From Trypanosoma brucei (Eukaryota): a stretch of 64,000 bases of DNA. The position numbers were made by a program, and so were the translations under genes. How positions within the stretch are numbered: the first letter of the stretch is position 1; every line of letters begins with the position of its first letter. The notes under the pieces were generated by a model. The model did no database searches and was not told the origin of the DNA. It saw nothing but the letters and a program-made list of their open reading frames with translations. The stretch is taken from assembly GCA_000002445.1 (NCBI GenBank), contig CP000068.1, positions 1,280,001 through 1,344,000 of the forward strand. Reading direction: 5' to 3'. This document shows positions 19,914 to 29,992 of this stretch, piece after piece.

Positions 19914-22900
19914 AACTAATTAAAATGAATTAGCAAACGAATACGAGGGGGAAAAAAATTAATGCAACACGAAAACAAACAAAAAAAAAAACACACACAC
20001 ACACACAGGCACACAAAAAAAAAAAAAGTACACCTAAACTGTCACACAATAACGTAAATAGTCAGGTGAGGAGATAGCTACAGTAACAACAATAACAAAA
20101 AAAAACAGTGTAAATAATAATTATTATTACTATTACTTACTATTACTACAAAACGATAAAAGCACTACTAATCCGCCTTTTCACTTTAATTTGTTTTTGA
20201 GCGGCACAACCTAAATGAGATAAAATATATTTTTAAAAAAAAATAAAAAAAGTAAAGGGAGAAAAAGGAAGGAAAGGGGCGAAGAATACAGCGAAGGATG
20301 AAGAATGAAACGCAAATAACATATAAGGAATCTGAAGGAGAATATTTGCAATGGAAATATTGAATAAAGGCAACCAGTGCATATGGAGCAACTTTGAATG
20401 GCCGCTACCCGAAAAAGGGGGACATCATCTCTCAAGTTTCATGTAAACAAGAGGGAAGAACAGACGGAGATACACCACAATAACAGAGAAAAGAAACGAA
20501 AAAAAAAAGAGCGAGGGAAACAGTAAATAAATAAGAAAAAGAAAAAGAAAGAGAAAGAAAGATGGAAGAAGATTGAGAAGCAGCAGTCACCACAGGTAAT
20601 ACTGTAAGCTCTCCAACGGGTAAGGAGAGGGGAAAAAAAAAGAAATGATATGATATGAAAAAGAAAAAGAAAAAGAAAAAACTACATCAAAAGCAAAAAT
20701 AATTTTTTCCTTTTCTTCGGTCAACATAGAATCGAAAGACTTGTAAACAATAGAGTGGGGAAAAAGGGGGGAAAAGGGCTCTTTCCTCAGTGGACACAAT
20801 AAGGGAGATGAAAAGAAGAAAAGGGGGAAATACAAAAAAAAAAGGAAAAAAGAGGGGGAAAGTACGAAGAAAGATGGAAACAAATATTTTTATTAAAAAA
20901 AAAAAGAGCGAAAGCAGGGACGGGAACAAGTTACTGAAATAATAGTGAAAGTGCTGATAAAGCAATAAAGAAAGAAAGTGACAATAATTGAAGGTTGTAG
21001 AGCCCGAAAAGGATGAAAAAGATAAACTTCCTATTTTACGCGGCGTTCGCCAAGGCTAAACACAAACAAAAAAAAGTAGTAATTTTTTTACATTTTCAGA
21101 AGGGGGGAAAATAAAAAGAAAAAAACAACTAAAAGAAAAAGATGAAGGCAGCGTCACCACCCCAAACGAAACATACGACGGTTTATTTGATTTAGTGACA
21201 GAACTCAAACTTACCTTTCGTTTTCGTATCCTTCTCCCTAAGCCGACAGCGCCGTATAATTTCTTCAATAAATATTTTGCATTTGTTTGCATTGGATTTA
21301 ATTTTAGTTGGTGCTGTTGTTTTGATGTTGTTGTTGTTGTTGTTTTTTTGTCTTTCGCTTTTAAATTCGTTTTGAACCTCCCTCCTTCCTTTTATGTACT
21401 TGTTTGCTCAATTCTCTGATGCCTTTTTTTTTTCTTCCTTTTTCGCTGTCTCTACCAATTGCCTCTTTTTTTTTGTTTATCTTTCATTGCATTCATTCAC
21501 ATGTCTGTCCCTTCTTTCAGCATTAACTTTATCCCTCTCTCGTGTTTTTCCTTCTCTTTCTTTTTTTTAAAAAAAGGGGGAAAAAATATTTGTTTCGTCC
21601 CCTTTTTATAATAAAAATATTCTCCAGCACAAACCCAACTTTCTTCTGCCTTCTGCCTTCCGTCTTTCCTGATCTGATCTGATCTGAATGTGATTTGTAT
21701 AATGTTTTGCAGTTTGTTTGTTTTTTGTTTGTTTGTTTGCTTGTTTTTTTATTCTATTTTATTTTATCTGTTTTATTTATTGTGCTCGATTTGTTTGCTC
21801 ACACATTCACTCGTCAAAATATACATATCAATGTGAATATATGAATACGTTACGTATGTTTATATATAAATAAATATAAATATAAACAGATGTATGCTTG
21901 TTTGTGTTTGTGCTACACAACATAATGCGTTAATATGTGCCCCTCCCCCTCTTTCTCTCTCCTTCTCTTTCCCATCCCCACGCCTTTTTTATTTATTATT
22001 TATTTTTTTATTTGGGGGGGGAGGGCTTCTTTTTATATTTATTTTTTTAACTTTTGCATCTACTTTCCTCATGTTTAACATCCTCCTTCTTTCCCCAACC
22101 TCTTCTACTTGACTCATTATCTTATTGACTTCGTTTCTTTGTTGTTGTTTTTTCTTCTTTCGTTTTTCCTGTTTTTTACAAACTTTCCTTCTTCTCCTTT
22201 TTTAAAGAAAAAAAAGGAAATTGTTTTTGCTTTTGCTTCCGGGTTCTTTCTTATTGGTCTTTTTTTTTCTTTTAGTTCTCTCTTTATATACACCCCGAGT
22301 AGACAACACAATTAAAACCATACGCGGAAGGAAATCGCTGGAATATTTCAGGTATATCTAACTCGGAGGGAAAAAAAAAAAACAAAACAGAGACAGCGCG
22401 AGAGGTGGACGCTCTCACAAAATAAATAAATTATTTAAAAAAAAAATATATATATATATATAGGATATGCCTCACAAATTTAAAAAAAAGAAAGGAGAAA
22501 CGAAAACAAACTGAACACGACCACATGTGGACGCCAGCTCACTGAGGGAAATAACAATAATAATAATAATAAGATAAAAAGAAAAAAAAGAAAAAAAAGA
22601 AAAAAAGAAAAAAAAGAAAACCATAAAACGAAGGCCACACATGTAAAACATCCCCTGCACAACACCGTCTGCTTCCTGTCACATCTTCCTCCTTTTCTTT
22701 TCTTTTCTTTTTCTTTAAAAAAGGAATTTCTTCATCATGTCTATTTATTGCTCTGTTTAAATGCATGATGCGTCACAAACACACACAAATACGCACGCAT
22801 TTAAAGTCACCAAAAGCTCAACACAACAGAGAAAAAATGCAGAATGGGCGTCCAACAGAAAAACGGTAGCAAACACACAAGGAATAAGTACCCTCATTTC

Positions 22901-23262
22901 TTTTTTTTTTAATTTATTTTCCTCCTCCCTCCCTCCCTTTTCTGTTTCCTCTCTCGACCCTATTCAAACATTTACCATTATAGACACTCCTGACACTTTG
23001 CAAACAATTTCTTTCCTGAATCCCTTCTTCCCTTCCGCATCGTCCCTTCTTTTCTCTTCTCTCCTTTTCTTTCCTTTTCTCTCCTTTTCTTTCCCTTGCC
23101 TACACAAGTTCGTTGTTTGTTCTTTTTCACTAAAACCGACATTTCCTTAACATTTTTTCCCCCTCCCCACACCCCATACCCCACAAGCATCATCACACTT
23201 CCATTTTTTTTTATTTCAATTCCTTTCATTTCATTTCATTTCATTTCCCTTACATCTACACG
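19914..23262. other. 3.3 kb gene-free low-complexity interval (homopurine/homopyrimidine blocks); presumably long 3'UTR of the phosphatase gene plus processing signals
   Basis: No ORF >100 aa of non-degenerate composition. Plus-strand purine-rich blocks (~20200-21190, ~22340-22660) alternate with pyrimidine-rich blocks (~21200-22330, ~22680-23250). Contains (TA)n at 22446-22462 and (AAT)n at 22553-22575. Confidence 0.5.
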
Positions 23263-25173
23263 TTAAATGCGCTTAAGACGCGGTATCATACCTGGAACGC
23301 TTTTCGACAGCGTGCGAGGTGATACCGGTCCTTTCGTTTCCTTCATCTCGTGCCGGTGGGGCTTTTTAATCGCCATGCGCATTTTACCATTGGCCACTAA
23401 TATACAACCTGCACCATTCTGGTGGCCGGCATAGTCAGACGTGGAAAATATCGTCACAACGCGAGCATTATCTGACAGCCGAACACCATCCGCCTTTTCT
23501 TGATGCGCACGAAATATGTATTGGTAGTTGTAGCGCTCACAAAACATATCAACTGCACGAGAACCGAAGGTTTTGATATCAGGTCCGCGTGGGTTTGGCC
23601 CGAAGCCATATTTATCAAGTTGATGGTTTGGCGGTGCGGGATCGGACCACAACAAGTCATTCACCATCATACGCTGTGCCACATTTGTGGGATCAGTACA
23701 TTGAACCACCGGAATACGAGGGAAAGAAGGATCAGAAAGAATCTCAAGTCGTTTGTCCTCACCCCCGGAATACTGCGGCAAGCCGCCGTGAACGCAGAAT
23801 ATCTTCTTATCAATATCAGCTATAACGGGGAGGAACTGAAATACCTCATTCACTGCAACCCACACATCAATACCACGATCCCTTCCAAACTTGTCGAGGC
23901 ATTGATATTTGAATGAGCTGTAACCATACACATCCATATCACCATTTACCTCAGGGGATTCATGGTTACCACGCAGTAGAGTAACCTTAGATGGGCTAAT
24001 AACTTTGAGTGCAAAGAGGTACATGACACACTCAACCGAGAAGGCACCACGATCTACATAGTCGCCAAGGAACAAAAGATGCGAAGTGGTATACTTGAGC
24101 ATAATATCATCAAAAGCCACCACTTTATCCAAGAAATAGGCCATATCAGCGAAGTTGCCATGGATGTCACCGAACACTGTTACGGGCGACTTGAGACGGA
24201 TGAATAAAGGTTCCTTCGCCACCACCTCGCGACATTGGCTACAAACGGAAATAACAAGTTTGCAGAACTCCGTGAGATTATCGTAGGAAAATGAAGTGTT
24301 TTGCGCATTGGATGAGCGCCGTATCATCTCGATAAGTCGGGCCGCATCCACTGGTGGTTGTGTTGGCGAATTTATGTAATTCCGTACATCCTGAAGCTGC
24401 AGCATCGTGCTATGACTCGCTACCGCCTCATCAAACGCGCGAGACTTCGGTCCGGTTATCGCGGAAATCCCTGCCCGCGGGGTGTCAGGTTCCGTCATTC
24501 CCTTTTGACCGACCGCATTCTGTAGCAAATCAACAATTGTAACAGTCATTGGAAAGGTTGAAAACTCATCATCACACAAAAGCACATTTTGTGAGAAGAC
24601 ATATTTATCAGGTAGGCCCGTGACAGCCTGAGCGGGTTGTGCTTCCTGTTGCCTCCGGTCGTCACGGCGTCTGCCGTGGAAAGCCGGCTCCGTTAAGATG
24701 ATGGTCTCCATCATGCGCAGCCGCTCCTCCATTTTATGCACTGTGTTAGAAATATTAGACAGCAACTCTGGTGGTACCTTCGATATAAAAGCGCTAAACT
24801 CTCCTGCAGTCAGTTTTGCGTTGCTGATGCAGTCGTAGTTTGTATTGCTACGTCCCGAAAGAATCTCATCTGTTGTTAGCAAATCAAGCTCTACAGACCA
24901 ATCTGTTTTAAGAGTTTTAATGCGTCCCACTTTATATAAAGCTCTGCCATCCGTTGAATCCTCCACGCGGCACCGCACAAAGAAACCAGTGACAAGTGGA
25001 AACAACCTCGAGCGGATTTTGTGATGCCATTCAGACAACTTTTCACGGTTTATGGTTACAGCCTGAACCATTTCTAACGTGACGAGGTTGTCAGCGCGGA
25101 ACGAAAGGCTTCCGGAGGGCGGCGAAAGGTCCGGCGGGGCCTGAGGAGAGGGAGGTACATTAGGTGGATCCAT
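23263..25173 (-). CDS. serine/threonine protein phosphatase, PPP family catalytic domain with ~330-aa N-terminal extension
   Basis: PPP signature motifs GDIHGNF, GDYVDRG and LLRGNHE in the C-terminal half, plus downstream conserved segments (CVHGGL, SDP, RAHQ). The N-terminal extension has no recognisable domain. Confidence 0.85.
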   Translation of the reverse strand: MDPPNVPPSPQAPPDLSPPSGSLSFRADNLVTLEMVQAVTINREKLSEWHHKIRSRLFPLVTGFFVRCRVEDSTDGRALYKVGRIKTLKTDWSVELDLLTTDEILSGRSNTNYDCISNAKLTAGEFSAFISKVPPELLSNISNTVHKMEERLRMMETIILTEPAFHGRRRDDRRQQEAQPAQAVTGLPDKYVFSQNVLLCDDEFSTFPMTVTIVDLLQNAVGQKGMTEPDTPRAGISAITGPKSRAFDEAVASHSTMLQLQDVRNYINSPTQPPVDAARLIEMIRRSSNAQNTSFSYDNLTEFCKLVISVCSQCREVVAKEPLFIRLKSPVTVFGDIHGNFADMAYFLDKVVAFDDIMLKYTTSHLLFLGDYVDRGAFSVECVMYLFALKVISPSKVTLLRGNHESPEVNGDMDVYGYSSFKYQCLDKFGRDRGIDVWVAVNEVFQFLPVIADIDKKIFCVHGGLPQYSGGEDKRLEILSDPSFPRIPVVQCTDPTNVAQRMMVNDLLWSDPAPPNHQLDKYGFGPNPRGPDIKTFGSRAVDMFCERYNYQYIFRAHQEKADGVRLSDNARVVTIFSTSDYAGHQNGAGCILVANGKMRMAIKKPHRHEMKETKGPVSPRTLSKSVPGMIPRLKRI

Positions 25174-26332
25174 AGGTCAGTGTTTTCCAACACGTAATTT
25201 GCTACAAAAAGAAAAAAGAAAAAAGTCAGAACGCTTCCCCTTTGATGGTGCTTTGCTTTACCCTATACACCTGCTCTTTGTGTGTCTGCGTGTGTGCGTC
25301 TGTATTATTTTGTTCTTTGCCACTCTATCCTTCTTCCTTTTTTTAAGAAAAAATTTTCTTTTCCTCCCCTTCCTCCCCTCTCTTCTATGTACACCTCGCT
25401 CTTAGTTCTCTCAAAAATGTTTCAGTGTATACGTTGTGCGATTCAACACCGCACACAAGTCTCTGACGGAAAGGTGACTGATAAGGTGAAATATTAAAGT
25501 ATAGGAGAAAAAGAAAAGAGGATAACAAAGGGCGAAGGTTTTTTTTCAAAAAAAAAAAACATTCAAACATGAAACACACACGTGTTACTAAGAAAGTTCT
25601 GAGTTTCACCTAACATATCGTTTTCAGCTGAGGATATTCCACACCACCTTAAAAAGTGGCACGATCAAATTTGCATGGAGGTAAGACGGAAAAGCAGAGA
25701 AGACGAAGAGGAAGGCATTTTAAATCCTCTCCTCCTTAACAACAAGTGGGATAATGGTCACAGCAAAAATACCAGCATCACCCGTGGCTACGCCTCTAAC
25801 AAAGTGTGCCGAATCGGAAGGGAGAAAATAAAAAGAAGAGTAAAACACATTTCTCTCCCGTTCGCACTGTACGTTTCACCCGCTTTTTAGTTCTTACGCC
25901 CCTCCTTTCCTTCTCCCATGTAGCGCGAGAGAACTCACTTGTTGCCGCCTCACTGCACGAGCCCCAAATGTGGGAATGTCATAACCGTCCACTTAATAAA
26001 AGCATGCACACATATGCAGGGTAGAAACCCCATGGCGCTAACCTCATCCTCCGCCCACAGATACATAAATGGAACACGAGGTAGTTTCCGTCATATCATC
26101 TACATTCACATCAGAGAGAAGGAGAGAATAAAATGCAACTCCGCTCGGCCATGTTTTGATTCATGCCACCGCCTTTTTTTTTGTTTTGCCGCCCTCACAC
26201 TTCTTCTGGATGCATCATCTTTATTCAGGCACATAAAGCGATCCCCACCAAATGAACATAGGGCGCTACAAGGCATAAATTACGCCCCATACGCTAACGC
26301 CCTTGTTATTCTCCAATGCAGATATGTATATT

Positions 26333-26761
26333 CTACTCTCTGGAGGTAATCATTCGGTTGGAGAGGTCCTCGCCCATAACCGTAAGCCTAGCAAGCGACT
26401 CACGTGCCAATTCAGTGAGTTCACCATCATTCTGTGCTGCTTTATCAAGAACCCTGCATGTCAGCGCAAGTGTCTTCTCCACCTCAAGGCAGATACGCGC
26501 CCTTTCATTCATAATGTCTGCCATCAGTTGCTTCCCACCATCGGCTTCATGATTGGGCTCCGGTTCCTGTTCAACCGCCATAAGAGTGCCGCGAATATGA
26601 TATGGGTTGGATAAATATGGAAGTGGCGATCCAAGGTATTCAGGAATCGGATGCACAGGTGGCTGGAATGACGCAAGTTCTTCTCTCTGCCCCGCCAGCA
26701 AGCGCTTCAGGTTGGGCTTCTTTATAACAACTCCAGACATTCTCGAAACACTGCGCTTCAA
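26333..26761 (-). CDS. hypothetical small protein (142 aa)
   Basis: Strand-consistent ORF of non-repetitive composition. No homology recognised. Confidence 0.35.
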   Translation of the reverse strand: MKRSVSRMSGVVIKKPNLKRLLAGQREELASFQPPVHPIPEYLGSPLPYLSNPYHIRGTLMAVEQEPEPNHEADGGKQLMADIMNERARICLEVEKTLALTCRVLDKAAQNDGELTELARESLARLTVMGEDLSNRMITSRE

Positions 26762-27195
26762 CGCTGGTAAATGAGGTGATGGAACACCGCTAGAGGTAAC
26801 AGGAGAAAGGGAAGGGGAAAGTTGGTAGGAAGCTCATGCGTATTCGTAAACGACAAAGCAAGAAAGGAGAATGACGACAAGGTAAAACTATGCTGTTGTT
26901 GTTACGGTTGTAGTTTTTGAATTGTTCACATCTTTAGCATATACAAACGGACGGCTCTGAATACTTGTGCTTTGTCTCGCAAGTATGCTACGTTCGATGT
27001 CTACACGGCAACACATGCAACCGTATACATCCAACCCTTGCGAAGGGTGCTTCCTCGTTTCTTTCACACATCATGCGAATATAAAACACCTATCTCCCAC
27101 CTATCTACATGAATATTTTGGCGAATGTACACTTACCGTTGTGATACCGCATGTCAACTGAGATCGGGCTCGACTACGCAAGCGCAACCAAACAT

Positions 27196-28494
27196 CTAAG
27201 TGCTTGCAGCCTTCTTTCCCCTTTTCTTGCCTTTTCTGCTTTTTGCTCTCTCAGCCTCGGCGTCGAGGGTAAGCTGCATGTGCTCAGTAATGCGTTGCAC
27301 AGTACCCTCATAAGTATCCTCTTGCATTTCGCCCACATCGATACTGAGGCCATCAGCATCGCTTGCAGCAAATGCAAGAGTCCGACGCATATCACTAGAT
27401 TCAATTGAGTTGGTGAAGTCCAGCTGTTTGAGCACCTTTGCCTTCTCAACCAGCTTCATTGTTAGTTCTACAGTTTCGGCACCAAAGGAGTTGCCTGAAC
27501 AGTTTACGGCAACCAACGAATTATTGGTCATAAGCGCCTTGACAATGGCAACACCCCCAATATCAGTTAGGTCATTATCAGAAGCGCTAAGCCGCTCTAA
27601 AGTTGGTAAATCGGCATCAATCAGTAAAGCAAGTTCTTCAGCTCCGCTGTCACCAAGCATGCAATTTGAGAGATTAAGCGACCTCAGGCGATTTGGCGCG
27701 CTGGTCAAGTGATGACGGATCTCCTGCATGCCTCGCAACCCAAGAGTGTTGCTATGCAAACTTACGTCGAGAATATATTCATTATTTTCGATTAAGCGCC
27801 CAACGGCTTTGGCACCTCTATAACGAACGTCATTTCGTAACAGATTGAGGGAAGAAGTGCCCTTTCCGGAGTATCTTTTTAGGGCTTCGCAGAGGTGCTC
27901 TGTCCCCTCATCCCCGATCTGATTCCCTATCAAAATGTACGTACAGTTCGGGTTTCGTTGCATCGATCGCCCGAGGCACTTTGTTCCCAGCGGCCCAATT
28001 TTGTTCCAACTGAGATCAACACGCATGAGGTCCCGGTGACATGCCGCTGCTTTGCTGATTGCAAGTAAAGTGGCATCACCCATCTCATTCCCACTCAAAA
28101 CAAGTGTAAACAGCGTGCGGTTCCACAAACCCGCCTGCCCGTTAGGACTTACATTGGGAATGAAAGCACTCGCCAGAGCGATACCACCCACATCTGTTAC
28201 TTTATTTTGTGCTAAGTTCAGGTGTTGAATGGTATCGTTGCGTCGCAGAAGTTCCGCCAGTGTAATTGCGCCCGCGTCACCAATATCGTTATGCGCTAAC
28301 TCCAACTTCACAACGTGTCTGTTCTTCATGAGCGCATTACCAATGATTTGCATACCCCGAGGTATGAGCTTCTTTCCCTGTAGCTCCAAAACATTGGAAA
28401 GGAAAACCATACGCCACTTCTTCCTCGAGTAAAAATTTGTTGTCGGGTCTTTGTTCGTCCCGGGTGGTGGGATCTTCTCCTTCCTCCGTCCCAT
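27196..28494 (-). CDS. leucine-rich repeat protein, ribonuclease-inhibitor-like (RNI-type LRR)
   Basis: Repeated ~28-residue units with the LxLxxNxIGDxGAxxLAxAL consensus (e.g. LELAHNDIGDAGAITLAELL, LNLAQNKVTDVGGIALASAF, LSASDNDLTDIGGVAIVKAL). Basic KKRGKK C-terminal tail. Confidence 0.75.
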   Translation of the reverse strand: MGRRKEKIPPPGTNKDPTTNFYSRKKWRMVFLSNVLELQGKKLIPRGMQIIGNALMKNRHVVKLELAHNDIGDAGAITLAELLRRNDTIQHLNLAQNKVTDVGGIALASAFIPNVSPNGQAGLWNRTLFTLVLSGNEMGDATLLAISKAAACHRDLMRVDLSWNKIGPLGTKCLGRSMQRNPNCTYILIGNQIGDEGTEHLCEALKRYSGKGTSSLNLLRNDVRYRGAKAVGRLIENNEYILDVSLHSNTLGLRGMQEIRHHLTSAPNRLRSLNLSNCMLGDSGAEELALLIDADLPTLERLSASDNDLTDIGGVAIVKALMTNNSLVAVNCSGNSFGAETVELTMKLVEKAKVLKQLDFTNSIESSDMRRTLAFAASDADGLSIDVGEMQEDTYEGTVQRITEHMQLTLDAEAERAKSRKGKKRGKKAAST

Positions 28495-28832
28495 GGCTTC
28501 AGCACCTCAATCAATCGTGAAAAGTTCACCAGTATACACTAGCTGGAGGAGGAGCCGAATACCAAATATATATGGCTAAATGTTTTGTGCTTATATATCT
28601 ATTACCTTTTTTTTTGTTTACAAGCCAGAGGTGCAGAAGCAAAAAAGGAGCAATCAATGATAATACGCGATTTCTAAAAAAAAAAAACGGTAGCCGATGC
28701 AGTAATGTCCAACAGCGAAGACTTTAAAACCTTAAGAGTAGTAGAAAGGGAAACAACAACAGAAATGCACCACACCGAACGAGACTGCAACAGCGGCTTT
28801 AAAAAAAAAAATTGAAATCCACCAATGAGGCA

Positions 28833-29489
28833 CTACCAGTACCTATCCACTTTCTTTGGTTGGCGGAGGGCTGCTAAAAAGGCTTCTTTGCTCGCCATTT
28901 GCTTCTTTTCTTGCGCCTTTTCGGCCGTCGTGTGACGCTCCCCCTCCTCCACATCCTTCCCTGCCTTGCGCGACTGCGAAAGGGAATTAAACAGACAAAC
29001 AACACCGGCCGTGGCAACCGAGCGCAGGCGGTATTCGTAATCATGTGCGCTCTGATGCGGCAGCAAACGATTGTGGTTCTGGTTTTTTACAGCTCGACGA
29101 AGTAATTTAAGCCCCATCGCCTCCGTAGAAGTCCGTCCCCCCGATACCTCCGTCGTTGGTACAACTTTCTCAGTCGTCTTCCCTACAATCTCAATGGCAC
29201 CTTTGCCAATTGGTTTCTTCAGTGTCTGAGCACGAAGCGATGGCGAACAAGAGGGTGCTTTCGGTTTGTTTGGCTTCAAATTCGCTGCCACTGTGCCCTG
29301 GTCAGCGGCTGTCAAAGAGGATGATGCCGCACCAGTCAACTCAGCTACGCGTTGCACCAACGCTTCCTCTGAAAGTTTGGGTGCCCGCTTCACCAAAGCA
29401 ACCGTGCGCTTGCCTTTCGCTTTTTTGGAGGCCCTATTTTTTTTGGGCTTAGACACCTTACCAACTGCACCACGGAAACGGCCTGCCAT
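28833..29489 (-). CDS. hypothetical Lys-rich basic protein (218 aa), possibly nucleolar
   Basis: Strand-consistent ORF. Highly basic N-terminus (KPKKNRASKKAKGKR) and C-terminus. No domain recognised. Confidence 0.45.
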   Translation of the reverse strand: MAGRFRGAVGKVSKPKKNRASKKAKGKRTVALVKRAPKLSEEALVQRVAELTGAASSSLTAADQGTVAANLKPNKPKAPSCSPSLRAQTLKKPIGKGAIEIVGKTTEKVVPTTEVSGGRTSTEAMGLKLLRRAVKNQNHNRLLPHQSAHDYEYRLRSVATAGVVCLFNSLSQSRKAGKDVEEGERHTTAEKAQEKKQMASKEAFLAALRQPKKVDRYW

Positions 29490-29992
29490 GATTTGCCGCT
29501 AAATGCTAACTTTTTGCTGGGATGCAGCCACAGGGACATACATCAGACAGTCCACCAGAAGAGAGAAAGAGAAGCATTATGGGAGAAATGAATAGGAGCC
29601 GCACGGCACAGCAAAAGAAGCGCATTTCGCACACTTATAGAGTTAAGAGTGCAACTTCACTGGGCATCGTGGATAAGCTTAACAGTGGTAACAGACGTAA
29701 AATAGTGCCCCTATCCAAAAATAAAAGAAAGAACTTAATTACTCTTAACGAACAACAGTTAATAAACTGCAGTAGCCCAGTCGTTTAAACAAAGAAACAG
29801 AAACAGTGTCAGAAGGGGGGTCCTTATACCTGTCATAATGGTTTTCCCCTTTTTCCTTTCCTTCACTTTGTCCCTGAGTATCACACGCTTATTTGCGTCA
29901 GATATAACCCCTGGTATGCATACTGCCGCTGGTCGATGATAAGTTCACACAACGACACATTTCCCACACACACTCGGTGGTAGGTTAGGCTC

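Noticed and set aside
20211-22766. Short ORFs (60-98 aa) rich in F, L, K, S or E across the 3.3 kb low-complexity interval
   Set aside because: They are translations of homopurine/homopyrimidine runs (poly-Phe, poly-Lys, poly-Ser etc.). They have no protein-like complexity and appear in multiple overlapping frames.
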